Of a stretch of DNA of 64,000 bases, positions 34,960 through 48,844 are shown piece by piece. Position numbers and translations under genes: made by a program. The stretch is from Strigamia acuminata (lineage: Eukaryota), in the NCBI GenBank assembly GCA_949358305.1, contig OX442314.1, positions 21,142,001 through 21,206,000 of the forward strand, given 5' to 3'. How positions within the stretch are numbered: the stretch's first letter is position 1; each line of letters starts with the position of its first letter. A model generated the notes under the pieces. It did no database searches, had not been told where the DNA came from, and saw nothing but the letters and a program-made list of their open reading frames with translations.

Positions 34960-37900
34960 TATGAAACCAAAAGTGCAGCATCACCAGCTGAATGCATAAT
35001 TTCGTTTTCACTACGCAGAAAATCTATCAAAATATCCACACTGCTGTTGGTACCTGTAAGTACATTTACTTCGGTCCAGTTCCACACGGTTGCCATAATT
35101 AAACAAAACACCATCCCGACGGTCAGAAGTACTCGTAAAATTCCAAGCAGAGCCTAAAGACATTAAACTAATTAATATGAATACTTAAATTCTAAAGAAA
35201 ATTCAATACTTGTAAGCCGTAAGGAAGTTGCAAATGCACGGTTCCAAAAACAACGCAGAATAACAATGCAAAAGCAACGTAATATACGATACGATCGTTC
35301 CGTAACCTTCGAAAATCACCAACTATTACTCGTCCGGTTTCTTCTAAAGCACTTATTCGATCAACAATATTAGTTTCTATATTTTTGACTGAAAATAGAA
35401 ACACGTCAATGTAATACGTTAATATGAAAAACGAACGACGGATACTTTTATCAGAAGCAGATTTAGTGATATTTAATGTAGCAGAAACAGCTTCATGGTC
35501 TGAATATGATAAGCCCAGGTCGGGAATTTTGTCTAGCGGCAAACTGAACGCTAAAACTTTAACCTCGGCACCTTAAAATAAATGTTATGTAATATTAATA
35601 AGAAAAAAAAGGATAGTTTTTAAACGTTTTGGTTTACCATTATGATAATTATATAAAATGTAATCTATTCGTCTCCCGAATTGGTTTTCTTTAAGAGTTG
35701 AAGGTAAAGTGTACGAGTTTCTTTTAGTTTCACTAGTAGCTCCATTTCCTTCATCCTTCCTTTCGCACTGCTGGAAAGTGTCCAGTAAATTGGCATTGTA
35801 GCAAATAAGGCGATAAGGAACGTCAACAGTTTCAGCGTTAAAGTCACCCGTTACGATGACTACATCACAGTTAGATGATGTGGAGGATACAAACCGGCTA
35901 AACTCGAATGCTTGACACACCCTGTGCGAAAGATATTCATCGTTCCTGCGATTATACACAGCATGAAGCTGGAAAAGAAAGAAAACAATTTTTAAATAAA
36001 TAATAAAATGACGTAATAATTGGGATTGGAAAATCGAAGAACTGAATACAATTTTTACTCGCATGTAGTATTTGGGTTCATAAATGTATTTAACTAAAAA
36101 TTCCTAAGAAGGGCTAACAAGGGCTAACAAGGGGGAGGGAGGGCCTGCAAACCTATCTTTACTGTTTTTTAGTACAAAACCATTTTTTGGGGCGGCTTGT
36201 CGCGGTACACTGTTATCGCGGTAAATAATGTCGCTAGATGTGCGCCCCCCTTCTTAAGCAATAAAATGGAATTTTTTAAACATACATCCATTTTTTAAGC
36301 ACAAACATTTAACTCTTGTTTTCTTTTTTACATAAATAATGGTAAATATACTCTTTGTGTGGAAAAATACTTAATTACAAACTCGTACATGTGCGGTGTA
36401 GAAGTTGATATGTATTCCTTGATAGATAATTCTGGCAAGCCCCACTCCTTTGCCACCAAACCAATCCCCATGTCTTATTCGATGGGGATAACCATTTAGG
36501 GGCCAGGTTTGGAACGAAGCATCTATAATTCGTCCTTTCGAAAAAATGCACAGACCAGAGCCTAAACATCCACTATAATAAAAAATAAATAAAAAAATCT
36601 AATAAAAATACAACTACACAAACCACCAAACAACCAAATTAAAAAACATTACCTCCTGAAATAATATGAATAGGGCATGGACGGAAACACTTTCTCGACT
36701 ATCGTTGCATAATCCGAATAACTCCACACCTAATCGTTAAACAAGTAAATATAAAAAACTACATTTTTGGAAAAAGGCTTTTAAATTGGTTTTTCAAATT
36801 GCCGTGTACGCGCCAAAAATCGCACACTAATGAACTTTTTCACATTAAAATTGAAAAACAAAATGTATGGCAGATAAATATAAGCAGATAAATCAAGATT
36901 TCAGAATTTATTGGAACCTTTTTAATGTTGAAAATATCAAAATTCGCATTGGGCGAACATTTTGGCATCCATTAAAAAACACGGGTTCCGCCATGGGTGG
37001 CACTCCGATTTGATTACATTTTGCCGTAAATCGGCATTTTCTCCCTTTGAACTACTTTTAATACCAACTTTATCATATTAATTGGAAAGTAGACCAAAAA
37101 CTGCATCAGAAAAGTCTACCTTCCAATCTTATGATTAATTTTTTAATTCATTTCTTTCAAAATTACATAAACCGGAAGTTGAAACACAAACATTCAAGTC
37201 AAAACTGGAAGTTGCAACACACAAACATTCAAGTCAAATTAAATAAAAGCCTTTAAAAAGAAAAAAAGCCGTTTAAGTTCAACATGACCATTACACGGAA
37301 CCAGAAGTGGTATTGTATGTAGTAAATTGTACGCAATTTACTCATAAACAACAATAATAAGTACTCCATAATATTTAATATAGAAATTTGTACGCAAATT
37401 ACTCAGGATAAAAAACACGGTGTAGTTATCCAAATCAATGACCAACCAAAGTTGAAGCGATGCAGAAAAGCCAACCATTCGCCTCGGATGATAATTAATT
37501 ATACAAATTACACCCTTATAGAACCATGGAACCAATCAGGACGCTAAATCAGACCGATTCAAGATGACACCTTTATTTCCAGATAAAGGAAAGTTTACCT
37601 ATTATCTGGACCGATAGAACCGCATCATGAAATAATACAAATTTAGGGCTTTGGCCATGTTAAATGCATAGTTTAATTTGTAACATTAAATTGGCCATTT
37701 GTCGGTCTAGTCATTTATATAAATTTAATCAATTGTAATAAATGTTAACCGATTTGAGAAAACTCCTGACTCCATATTTCATTTTATCTCACACATTTAA
37801 GTTCACTTGTTTTAGCTAAAAAACTATATCGCGATATGGTAAGTGAAAATTAGCACAGGTACGCTATCGTCACAAATATGACATGAAATGTGGAATTTAG

Positions 37901-38273
37901 ATTTATGGTATTTTATTGCTTACTTCTTGCAGCGCAACTAGATCGTAGCCTCCTCTAGCTAATTCGGTCGCTATAGCAACAATGCGTACTTTTCGATCTG
38001 GACTTATCACTGGAATACCTCTGAAATTTAAAACAAAATACTTTAAAATAAAATTTAAAAATTAATTAAAAATTTAAAAAAAATAGGCACAACACCAACA
38101 CCAAAGCGATCCTTTTAAAATAATAAAAATAATAAATAATAAATAAACGTAGAATATTTTAAGTATGTTAGTTGAGTTCTGGCTTAACCTTAAAATATAA
38201 CCCAGCAGCATATGCCCCATGTCAATAAAACTTACCCACAATTTAGTGTGAATACACGTAACTGTACTTCCAT
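34960..38273 (-). CDS. SMPD2: Neutral sphingomyelinase (SMPD2/nSMase1-like), copy 1 (more diverged)
   Basis: MEVQLRVFTLNCG/GIP...DLVALQE/VWS...GSGLCIFSK...HGDWFGGKGVG...H/LHA...GDFN...RRIDY...SYSDHEAV; two C-terminal hydrophobic segments; ends DAALLVS*. Confidence 0.85.
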
Positions 38274-39388
38274 TCTCACGGCACTGCGACTACCCTATTT
38301 CTACAGTATCTGATAAGATAAATAAACTCAACGTAGCCAAATTAAAAAATCCATCTGGCAGCATGATAAACGAATAAATACTCCGAACAATATTTAAACT
38401 TAAGTCCTGATACTGCATGGGTCCAAAAATACTAAAATCTAGATTTTATTAAATAATTGATTAATATTCGTAGTAAAGAATTAGGTGAACCAAAAGTAGG
38501 AGTTCGCATGTATGGGGTAAATTGTTTGTCAAGTGTTTTTTCTGTAACTTACACCGAATAAACACCATAATTATTCCAAGTAGATTAGCGACAATTAAAA
38601 ATAATAAACAGCTAAATTAAGCATAACATATTCCGACTGTGTAAAACTTATAAAACGTCTCTTATGTTGTTCATACTGTGTGTAATTAAATGATTCGTGT
38701 CATGGCTAAGATGTTTCAATCTAATTTGCACAAGACAAACACTTCGATGAGCAGTAATAGCAATTTGCTTTGAAAAAGCAAGTTTATTATTTCACTCAAG
38801 CAGCGTTTCAACGTGACAATAGAGCATTTGATTGGAGCAATTTACAAGTAAATTTTTAAAACATTACTTATCAAACTAAAATCGTCAAAATCATAATAAT
38901 TACAGTATGAAAATTAATCCAAAAAATTCTGAACTAAATTGAGCAGGTGTGATGAAACTAAAATGTAATCTTTTTAACAATTAGTAATCCATTTATCTCG
39001 GCCACTTTTTCAATAATTACGTGATGCAAATGGTCGTAACAAATCTGAAGATTGAATTAGTTACATTTTGTCTACATGTTTATGTACAACCCTCAAAACA
39101 ACTGTCACAACAATTTTTGTATCAAGCATTACCAGAATAATCGCAGCTTTCTCCTAAATTAGTACACAAGTAAATAAATAAGAATTAAAAATAATTAAAA
39201 GTGTAGATAAGATATGCAATTATTATATGTATGTATATATATATATATTTATATATATATTTTAGTTATTCGAATCAATAAAAATTCTTGTTCAAGATAT
39301 TGCCAAAAAATGTGGCATGACTGGTGAACAATAAATGCGTGAATAAAAAATACAAATATTTATATTTCGTCTTAAAAAGCCAATTCTC

Positions 39389-42321
39389 TTATATTCTTTC
39401 TGAAACCGAATGTGCAGCATCACCAGCTGAATGCACCATTTCGTTTTCACTACGCAGAAAATCGATCAAAATATCCACACTGCTGTTTGTAGCTGTAAGT
39501 ACATTTACTTCGGTCCGGTTCCACACAGTTGCCATAATAAAACAAAACACCATCCCGACGGATAGAAATACTCGTAAAATCCCAAGCAGAGCCTAAATTC
39601 ATTAAATTAATTAATATAAATACTTAAATTCTAAATAAAATTCAGTACTTGTAAGCCGTAAGGAAGTTGCAAATGCACGGTTCCAAAAACAACGCAGAAT
39701 AACAATGCAAAAGCAACGTAATACACGATACGATCGTTCTGTAACCGTCGAAAATCACCAACTATTACTCGTCCAGTTTCTTCTAAAGCACTTATTCGAT
39801 CAACAATATTAGTTTCAATTTTTTTGACTGAAAATAGAAAACGTCAATGTAATACGTTAATACGAAAAACAAACGACAGATAATTTTACCAGAAGCAGAT
39901 TTAGTGATATTTAATGTAGCAGAAACAGCTTCATGGTCGGAATATGACAAGCCCAGGTCGGGAATTTTGTCTAGCGGCAAACTGGACGCTAAAACATTAA
40001 CCTCGGCACCTTAAAATAAATGTTAAGTAATATTAATAAGAAAAAAAAGGATAGTTTTTAAACGTTTTGGTTTACCGTTATGATAATTATATAAAATGTA
40101 ATCTATTCGTCTCCCGAACGGGTTTTCTTTAAGAATTGAAGGTGGAGTGTACGAGTTTCTTTTAGTTTCATTAGTAGCTCCACTTCCTTCATCCTTCTTT
40201 TCGCACTGCTGGAAAGTGTCCAGTAAATTGGCATTGTAGCAAATAAGGCGATAAGGAACGTCAACGGCTTCAGCGTTAAAGTCACCCGCTACGATAACTA
40301 CATCACAGTTAGATGATGTGGAGGATACAAACTGGCTAAACTCGAATGCTTGACACACCCTGTGCGAAAGGTATTCATCGTTCCTGTGATTATACACAGC
40401 ATGAAGCTGAAAAAGAAAGAAAACAATTTTTACATAAATAAGAAAATGACGTGATAACTGGGATTGGAAAATCGAAAAACTGAAAACAAATTTTACTCGC
40501 ATTTGGGTTCATAAAAATCTAGTTTTAGGCTCATAATTAGAGCCCGGATAAATGCATAAATGCATATAAAAAATATTTTTGTGCTTAAATTGCCAAAATT
40601 GGCTATAAATGCATATATTGCAAAAATCAGAAAATAAATTCATAAATCGCAATTTTTCTGAAAAAAATGGCGATTTGTGCCTTTTTTTACGCTATGTAAC
40701 GTGTACGTATCAATTTTTGCTTTTTTTAAGAAACGTGTCGTATACGTTTCATGTACTTATGATCAGTGCTGAACTGGCCGAGCGGACTGCCGAGAATTTC
40801 CCGGTGGCCGGTGGCCCATGGCGGACCCACCGCGGCCCGTCGCTGTGACCCGACCCATCTAGATTTCCCGGTACTACATTTGTACCCAGTCCAGCCCTGC
40901 GTATGATTTTCGTTCGGAAAACTGAGAACTTCGCCAAAAACAAGAGAAGTCACTAAATGTGTTTTCTGAAAAAGTTTATAGAAATAAACAAATAAAAAAA
41001 AAAAAATGAATTGTAATTAAATTACTAATTATAATTCATTTACATCAAGAACACTTGGAAGTGGCATTAAGTTGTTATTTAACACATGATTTCACTTGAA
41101 TAAATTTTGTTATTATGCATTCTTTTTTTTATATAAAATGAAATTTAAGTCCATATTTTTATTTTTTTATCACAGAAAATGGAATTTTTAGTGCATATTT
41201 TATGTGCATAAAACGAATTTTATTTCACATATATATCCGGGGTCTACCTACTCATAACGAATTTTTAGACTAAAAATAGCAGTTTAGTCTAAAAAAAAAC
41301 AATTTTAGGCTAAAAAATGCAATTTTAAGATTTAAAAAAATTACAATTACATTTGTACTGCCTATAGCTGCTTTCTTGTGCATTCTAATTAAGCAATAAA
41401 ATGGTATTTTTTAAACAATACATCCATTTTTTAAGCACAAACATTTAGTAGTTGTTTTCTTTTTACCATCAATAATGGTAAATATACTCTGTGTGTGGAA
41501 AAATACTTATAATTACAAACTCGTACATGTGCAGTGTAGAAGTTGATAAGTACTCCTTGATAGAAAATTCTGGCAAGCCCCACTCCTTTGCCACCAAACC
41601 AATCCCCATGTTGTATTCGATGAGCATAACCATTCAGGGGCCAGGTTTGGAACAAAGCATCTATAATTCGTCCTTTCGAAAAAATGCACAGCCCAGAGCC
41701 TAAACATCCACTATAATAAAAAAAAAAAAAAAAATCTTATAAAAATACAACTACACAAACCACTAAACAACCAAATTAAAAAACATTACCTCCTGAAATA
41801 ATATGAATAACGCATAGACGGAAACACTTTCTTGGCTATCGTTTCATAATCCGAATAACTCCACACCTAATCATTAAAAATGAAAAAAAGTCGTTTAAGC
41901 AATTAAATTTGTAACATTAAAGGCTTAAAATATGACATAGTTTGATCCTGAAATGTGGAATTTAGATTAATGGTGTTTTATTGCTTACTTCTTGCAGAGC
42001 AACTAGATCGTAACCTCCTCTAGCTAATTCGGTTGCTATAGCAACAATGCGTGCTTTTCGATCCGCACTTATCCCTGGAATGCCCCTAAAATTTTAAAAA
42101 AATACTTTAAAATCAATTTTAAAGATTAATTAAAAATTAAAAAATTAGCCATAACACCAAAACGATCTTTTTAAAATAATAAAATAATAAATAAACGTAG
42201 AATATTTTAAGTAGGTTAGTTGAGTTCCGGCTTAACCTTAAAATATGACCCAGCAGCATATGCCCCATGTCAATAAAACTTACCAACAATTTAGTGTGAA
42301 TACACGTAACTGTACTTCCAT
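39389..42321 (-). CDS. SMPD2: Neutral sphingomyelinase (SMPD2/nSMase1-like), copy 2 (retains native upstream DNA)
   Basis: Same exon structure; MEVQLRVFTLNCW/GIPGISADRKARI...; GDFN, RIDY and SDH motifs intact; ends DAAHSVSERI*. Confidence 0.9.
40538..41246. mobile_element. Non-autonomous TIR element in an intron of sphingomyelinase copy 2 (possible 8-bp TSD, hAT-like)
   Basis: TAGAGCCCGGATA...TATCCGGGGTCTA; flanks ctcataat / (ccta)ctcataac; absent from copy 1. Confidence 0.65.
40764..40899. mobile_element. 136-bp GC-rich hAT-type MITE nested in the previous element
   Basis: TIRs CAGTGCTGAACTGG / CCAGTCCAGCCCTG; 8-bp TSD cttatgat / cgtatgat. Confidence 0.8.
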
Positions 42322-43224
42322 TCTCATGGCACTGCGACAACCCTATTTCTACAGTATCTGATGAGATAAAGAAACTGAACGTAGCCAAATAAGAAATCCA
42401 TCTGGCAGCATGATAAACGAAAACCACTTGTCTAAATATCTACCGAACGACCGAACGACCGAACGACGACCAGGACCAGCCTTAGTCAAAATCGGCTCTC
42501 TGCAGTCGATTCACCGCGACATCTAGTGTCAGTATCGTAAAATAAATTATGGTACTGCAAGGCCTTGATAGCTTTTGAATTTCAAACTTTTTGCTATATT
42601 GTCGCGTAAATTTTGAAAATTTTAAAGAAATCTTGAAACCGTTTAGTTTTTGTTTAAATAAAAACGTTTTTTATTTTTTTTCCACCGGCACAATGATTTA
42701 AAATATACAGCAGCAACACGAGCAATTGAAGTATATTTTATCTTCTATTTTTTTTTTAACCTAAAAAACGAAATAAGGATATTTTGAGCAATGAGTTTCC
42801 ATGATTTCCATTGTTATTGCACCATATGAAAAATATGTACAATTGTTTTTGTATATTTTTTTTGCTTCTTTTTCTTAAAATTCGCGGTACAACGAAAATT
42901 TTTGCTAAACAAGATTTCATTAATTGTATACAATTGTAACAATAAAATGTCAATGAATATTGTACAAATAATAGTTCATATAATTTGCTCAATTTACACA
43001 ACCGCATTAAACAGTTGTCTGTCTGCAAAAAACAATTATAACCCTAATGATCCCGGAAAATAAAAATAAAAATAACAATAAAAACAAAACAATATCATGA
43101 TTTCATTCATAAAATAACGAATTATTTTAGCACGATAAAAATAATAAGAATAAAAATAAAGTGAAAAAAAACAAATTTTGATCAGAAAACTATGTGCTGT
43201 TTCAAAATGTAACGTTCAATTTTC

Positions 43225-46200
43225 TTAACGTTTGTAACCAAATTCCTTCGCGTCATCATCGGTGAAATCGCCGTAACACCACAGATTCAACTAAAACAAA
43301 AACAAAAATAAAAAAAAATAAGCAATACACAATACAACAAACACCACATACCCTTTTCTTTTTAGCTTGCTCTTGTGCCAGTTTATATTCCCCAACCTAA
43401 AACAAAAAAATTAAATGTTCATCTCATTTTATCTCACTTTTTATTCCACATTAACCCACCAATTTCTGAAGTCTCTTCTCCTTTCTGATCTCAACGATAA
43501 GTATACCGTCACTTATCAATAGTTTGGCGACATCGTCACGCGATTCGGGAATAATCATCGAGACGAAATCCATCCCAGGCTGTCGATATTCAACATTCAT
43601 CATAAATGTTTTGTCAACAATATCCTCCAATAGAGCTTGAAAAGCCGAGTCCCGTGAATCCGGCTATTAATAACAAACAAAATTATCAAAAAACATTTAA
43701 AAATTAAATGCTCGACTTACGTCGCTAGGAATCGTAACACACGCCAATGAATATTTGTGCGCGAATGGCGAAATCCCGTGGAACATCGTTGGAAGCTGTG
43801 CAAGTTTTGTCGAGTTTGTAGTCTCGCGCTGTAATGAAAACAAAATGGCAAAAAAAAGTATATAAATTAAAAATACGACGTAAAATGTAAACCGAGACTA
43901 ACATTTCCGTAATCCACGTATAAAATATTTATGTTTCCGCCGGAAATGCTCTCAACTTTTGCTCTGTACCAAACGCCGTCCGTGAATTTAGCCGCACAAA
44001 GATCATCTCTTTTTGGGTTGTAAGCACCGGCAACTGGAGTACGCGACGTGAACTCTTCTCTCAACTGATTCATCAATTGCTCCAATTGTGCGCCCTGGTC
44101 CGTTTGTTGCGCGTAAAACGAGAAATCAGGATGAAGAGCAGTCACTAACACGCTCTTATAAGCTGGAAGTCGTTCCTTGATCTCCTCTTTCACCTCAATT
44201 TCTTTCGGCTCTTCGTAATTAGCCCACATCTAGCAATATAAAAAAAAATTTATCATAAATTTAATTCAATTACCATTTTTTTTTTTTTTTTACTTTTATT
44301 TTTTTATCTTTTGCTGCGGTTTCAGCAATCTGCAATTCTCGGAAATACTGACTTCTTTCGGCAGTGAAATGAACGGATGACAAACCTTCTTCGACCAATC
44401 CGACAGACAAATTCTTTCCACCAACCCACAACCACCCGATAAAGTTTCCAATCTTATCCATGTTGTCCACCTCAATTTCAACCTAACAAAACAAATCATT
44501 AAAAAAAATTCCAACAAAATTTAACGCTACACGAATAATTTACTTCTTTTTGAAGACACAAATCCTTAGTGAATTCCAGCGCTTCCGGACCGTACGCTTC
44601 ACCATCAAAAGTAGTATTATTTGGTCCTGGACGAGTAATCCTGGGACAATTAATACCAGCCAGAAGGAAGGTGATCAGACAAGTTTCCCTGGGAACGTAC
44701 AATCGAAGCCTCGAACCACTCGCAACATATTCAACCACCGCGTTACTTCTGCCAGCACGTTGAAGAAATGGAAAGAATTGTTTCGCTTTTGCATAATCCT
44801 AAATAAAAATTTAAAAAAAAAAAAATAATTATTTCATATTTAATAATAAATCGAAGAATTAATACCCCTGAAATGTCAGCCACACGATTTTTAGGCAATT
44901 CCTTGCCGCTGTGAATTCCCTTCTTAGATTTCATCGCCTTCTCTTCGGCTATTAGCAGATCATCGTAACGAGATGAGCGTTTATCATCATCCATTCGATA
45001 ACGAATGACCGATGCCAAGCCCTTGAGTACCAAAGTTTCGGCTACGTTCGATCCGCCTACGCACACCGTGCAACAAACTTTTTCCGGAAACGACTCCGAT
45101 TTCGGCTGAATGTAATCTATGTTTACATCGACCTGCAACGAAACGCAAAATTTAAATAAATGTTTTTTTTTTTACCGTTTTGTTTGTTCCGGATTTCGAC
45201 CTTTCGGCCAATGAGTTTTTGTCGTAGAAATTCTCTCGCTTCGTACATGTACGGAATGTCGTAAAGAGGACGAAACTGCTTCCCTTTGGAGTCTTTAGCG
45301 CTTTCTTGCGGCTGCGAATCCGTCAAGCGCGGTGGACGAATACTGGCTAAAAAAATTTTCTTCAGTGTGTTGTTATCGGCCACCTTCAGGACCAGCGCGT
45401 CAGCATTTACGATTTCCACGACTTTGCCCTCGAATTTCTTCTCCTTAATATCGGTGTCGTTGGCTGACGGAACATAGTTTTTCCAAATACGCAAACGCTT
45501 TTCCTTAGCATGCCTGTGGAATGCAACATCAATTAGAAATCTTTCATTTCAAAAAAATATAAAAACGTTTACTTTTCCGCAGCTCTTAATCTGCTTTGTT
45601 CCTGCGCATCCAAATGAGGCAACGTCCACTCTACTACGCGCGCATAACCTTCCTTGACCAATAGTTCAGCAATGCTACCGTTCTAAAAAGATAAAAGTTA
45701 ATTTTGAGAAAAATTTAAATTCGTGTAATTAAACTAGTAAAATTCTTACTGGATGAATTATCGTTGCAAAAATGTTATTTCTCAACACTTTGTTGAACTT
45801 GATTTCAATATCACGTTGCAACAACCGCGATTCGGTAAAAAATTTCGCTTCTTCCGCGAATTCTTCGGCGTTATTTTCTTCACCAACTTTGAACATGGGT
45901 GTCTAAAATAAAAAAAATATATAAAAATTTTAATAAAATAACTTTAAAAAAAAAATTATAAACAATAATAATTACTCTTATTCCTGACATCATTATGGTC
46001 ACATATTGAAATTCGGGCAAAACAAACACTCGAACGGTGCAACCGTCACGCACATTTTCAACAACAGCACTGACGGGTTTGTTATGAGTTGCCACGAAAG
46101 CGGATGGATTTTCCAAGTTCCAAATCACATTGCGAATGTTTTCATCAGCCGTCGAAGAAAACTTTCCGCGCGACGCAGCGCGTGCTTGCTCCTCGAGTTC

Positions 46201-47133
46201 CACCAACTTCTGATACTCCCTTTTTAATAATATTTTTAAAAAATTAAAAAAAATTACATCAATTTTCCACGTGAAAATAAACTTACTCCGATGCTCTAAG
46301 CCCTCCTTTACGAACTTCAACCAGTCCTTCAACTACCAATGCGTGTGCAACATTTTCTCCAGTAATATCGCCTCCCAAATATACATAACCGCAATCACGT
46401 GTTCCTCCTGGGATCTTTTTATCCAGACTGTACGTCACTTCTTTGCCGATTATCTTCTTTCGCAGATATTCACGCGCTTCCCAAGCAAACGGCTATTTAG
46501 ATACAAAATAAATATTTATTAACATATTCGCAATTGTATTTAAATGGTAAATTTCTACCTCGTCTTTAGTTTCGGGTACATTTGGTGGATTTGGTCTGCG
46601 AGCCAATTTGCCAGAAATGATGTTGGATAAACTCACGGTTAGTTCTGGTGGTGGACCAGATCGCGGCTTATCCCGGATCACAACAGTATCTCCTGACAAC
46701 ACCTAGATAATTAAATGTAAAAATAAATAAATAAATAAATATTTTAAATTTGACCCCAATTTCGACTTTTTTCGTTTCACTGCCATTGCCACGTAGCTCC
46801 ACGTGGTCCGGACAAATTACCGCATAGATCGTAATGCTCGTACGGAGTTAATGAATTCACGATTTACAAATGTTGAAAATATTCGGATTCACTCACTCGG
46901 TGATCGATATTCGGGGGTTCGATTAAGATGTTGAAAATAGTAAATTAAAGAAAGGTCATTCAACTTGCTAGCCCCGGCTCCATATGTTTTAATTTATATT
47001 TAAGACTTTTAAGATCTTTATACCATTTTTGGTAACGTCGAACATGTTTTTGATATAGTTAATAAATGCAAACGGTTCGGGGAAATACCTGCTTCACTAT
47101 CCATCGGCTGTACACTGTGGGACCGGCACTCAT
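43225..47133 (-). CDS. SND1: Staphylococcal nuclease domain-containing protein 1 (Tudor-SN)
   Basis: [35 protein letters not shown]...; [54 protein letters not shown]; Tudor [16 protein letters not shown]...YVDYGN; ends [21 protein letters not shown]. Confidence 0.96.
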
Positions 47134-47548
47134 CTTCTTACAACGATTATTAAGGCACAAATGGCGGATCGAGCTTGAGATGCTTAAAATTTCGCCATCT
47201 ACCGGGAAGATGAAAAATCCATCACAAAAAAAAGTTAAACTATTTAATATTATAATTTTAATGATTTCAATTGGAAATAAACACATGATTTTTCTTTTAA
47301 TTAAAAAAATTCATCAGCTATATAAATATATATCTTTTAAAAATTTGTATGTTCTTCTTGCTAGTGTCATCACGGAACGGTCTTTGAGTCTTGCTGGCGT
47401 GGCTACATCATAGATAATATTCTATATCTATGGCGACATGATCTGGATTGGCATCATGGCGTGTGAAGGCACTGCACTTTTGTTTGTTTTTATAACAAAT
47501 CACTTATGTTTTAAATAAAATTTAAAAAAAAACGTAGTTAGTTACTAG

Positions 47549-47589
<41 letters not shown>

Positions 47590-47957
47590 AAAATGCATAT
47601 ACGTTTTTCTTTTTCCAAATGAATGAATTTTCTTTCGGAAAATAAATGCAAAAATTATGATATCGTGATTTAATTTACGAATGGAATTGTGGTGACGATT
47701 GATTGCAACTTCCTGCATTACGAAGTGCCCTTTGTTTCTGGCCTGTGTATGTTCCAGTATAGTTGTAAACACACTTCCGGTTTAATACTAAACACAAGGT
47801 GTATTCACAACTAAACGGGAATTAGTACCCTCTAATAATGTTTTGTTGTTTAGCCAACTGAGGTACCCTCATGGAGAAACATGATTTCAATATACCATTA
47901 TTAAAGCTTACTGTATTCGAGGAAAATTTAATTATATTCCATACATAAAGTCAACAT

Positions 47958-48844
47958 ATGTCGAATATGTTGTCATTTCAAGGAGGTTTGTACTACACAA
48001 TAATAAAGTGACAGTGCCATTCAAACTATTGACAATTTCTTTTTGCAGGCATTCGTGAAAGGGTAAATTTAAAAAGTAAACGTCTGGTGTTCCAGATACA
48101 AATAAATCTTGACATTTCCAAGGAAGAAAAATATTTATTTACATCTGGGTGTACCACTACGTTATTATCCTGAATGTGGCGCTCTAATAATCATTTTAAT
48201 AACTTCTAGTTATCTTCATTACCGTATCAAATCCTTTTAAAAGTGCATGTATGGTATTACATAGCATTTATATTTATTGGACAAATGGCAATATTCATAT
48301 ATAAAGGTTCGAAAATGGAAAATAAAGTGAAATTCTCACATTTACCTCTAAAAAACAATCTGGATCAATGACTATAAAATAAATCCTCATTCTTCCAGAT
48401 TAATTAGTAAAAGAAAGTGTGTTCACTTTCTTTTATTAATAAATTTGTTGTTTTTGCAGGCATAATCCTGCCTTATCCTACTGGCAACTTGACCTTGGAA
48501 GTCGTTCTTCTCTTATTTACATCTGGTGTTGAAGCAGTTCGCAATTTCATGGGTCAAAAAGGAAACTTGACTGAACAGGCCGATTCTATTCTCATCAGTT
48601 TGGCGTTAACTCTTCCTGTCGTGTTTGGATTTCTATATTTTTTATTTTGGCAGACGTATGTACTGAGGATAGAAGTGATCACAAATGCAATACAACTTAC
48701 TTTATTAGCTTTGGAAACATTATTTGCACTTTTAACAGTTGCATCTCTGGCAAAGTGGGTTTAACAAATCAGTGCATTTTAAATATGAAAAATAATTTTT
48801 TTTTCACTTATTACAGATATGGTAATTTCACAATACGCCGATAA
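47958..48844 (+). CDS. Ciliary transition-zone membrane protein, TMEM216/TMEM80 (TMEM17 family)
   Basis: LSSLPYQILL...FIYK/GIILPYPTGNLTLEVVLL...GQKGNLTE...WQTYVLRIEVI; the 5' exons (47958, 48049-48062) are less certain. Confidence 0.8.

Larger units (their letters stand above)
33381..42421. repeat. Tandem duplication: unit 1 33381-38374, unit 2 38372-42421 (TPH 3' flank plus whole sphingomyelinase gene)
   Basis: gaataaat(t/a)ctccgaacaatatttaaactt... starts both units; ...ccatctggcagcatgataaacgaa ends both; the junction shares GAA. Confidence 0.93.

Noticed and set aside
40609..40953. GC-rich overlapping ORFs suggesting a foreign gene
   Set aside because: They arise from the 136-bp MITE and show no transposase motifs
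42032..42045. Perfect X-box palindrome GTTGCTATAGCAAC
   Set aside because: It lies inside an nSMase coding exon (IVAIAT) and is explained by codon content
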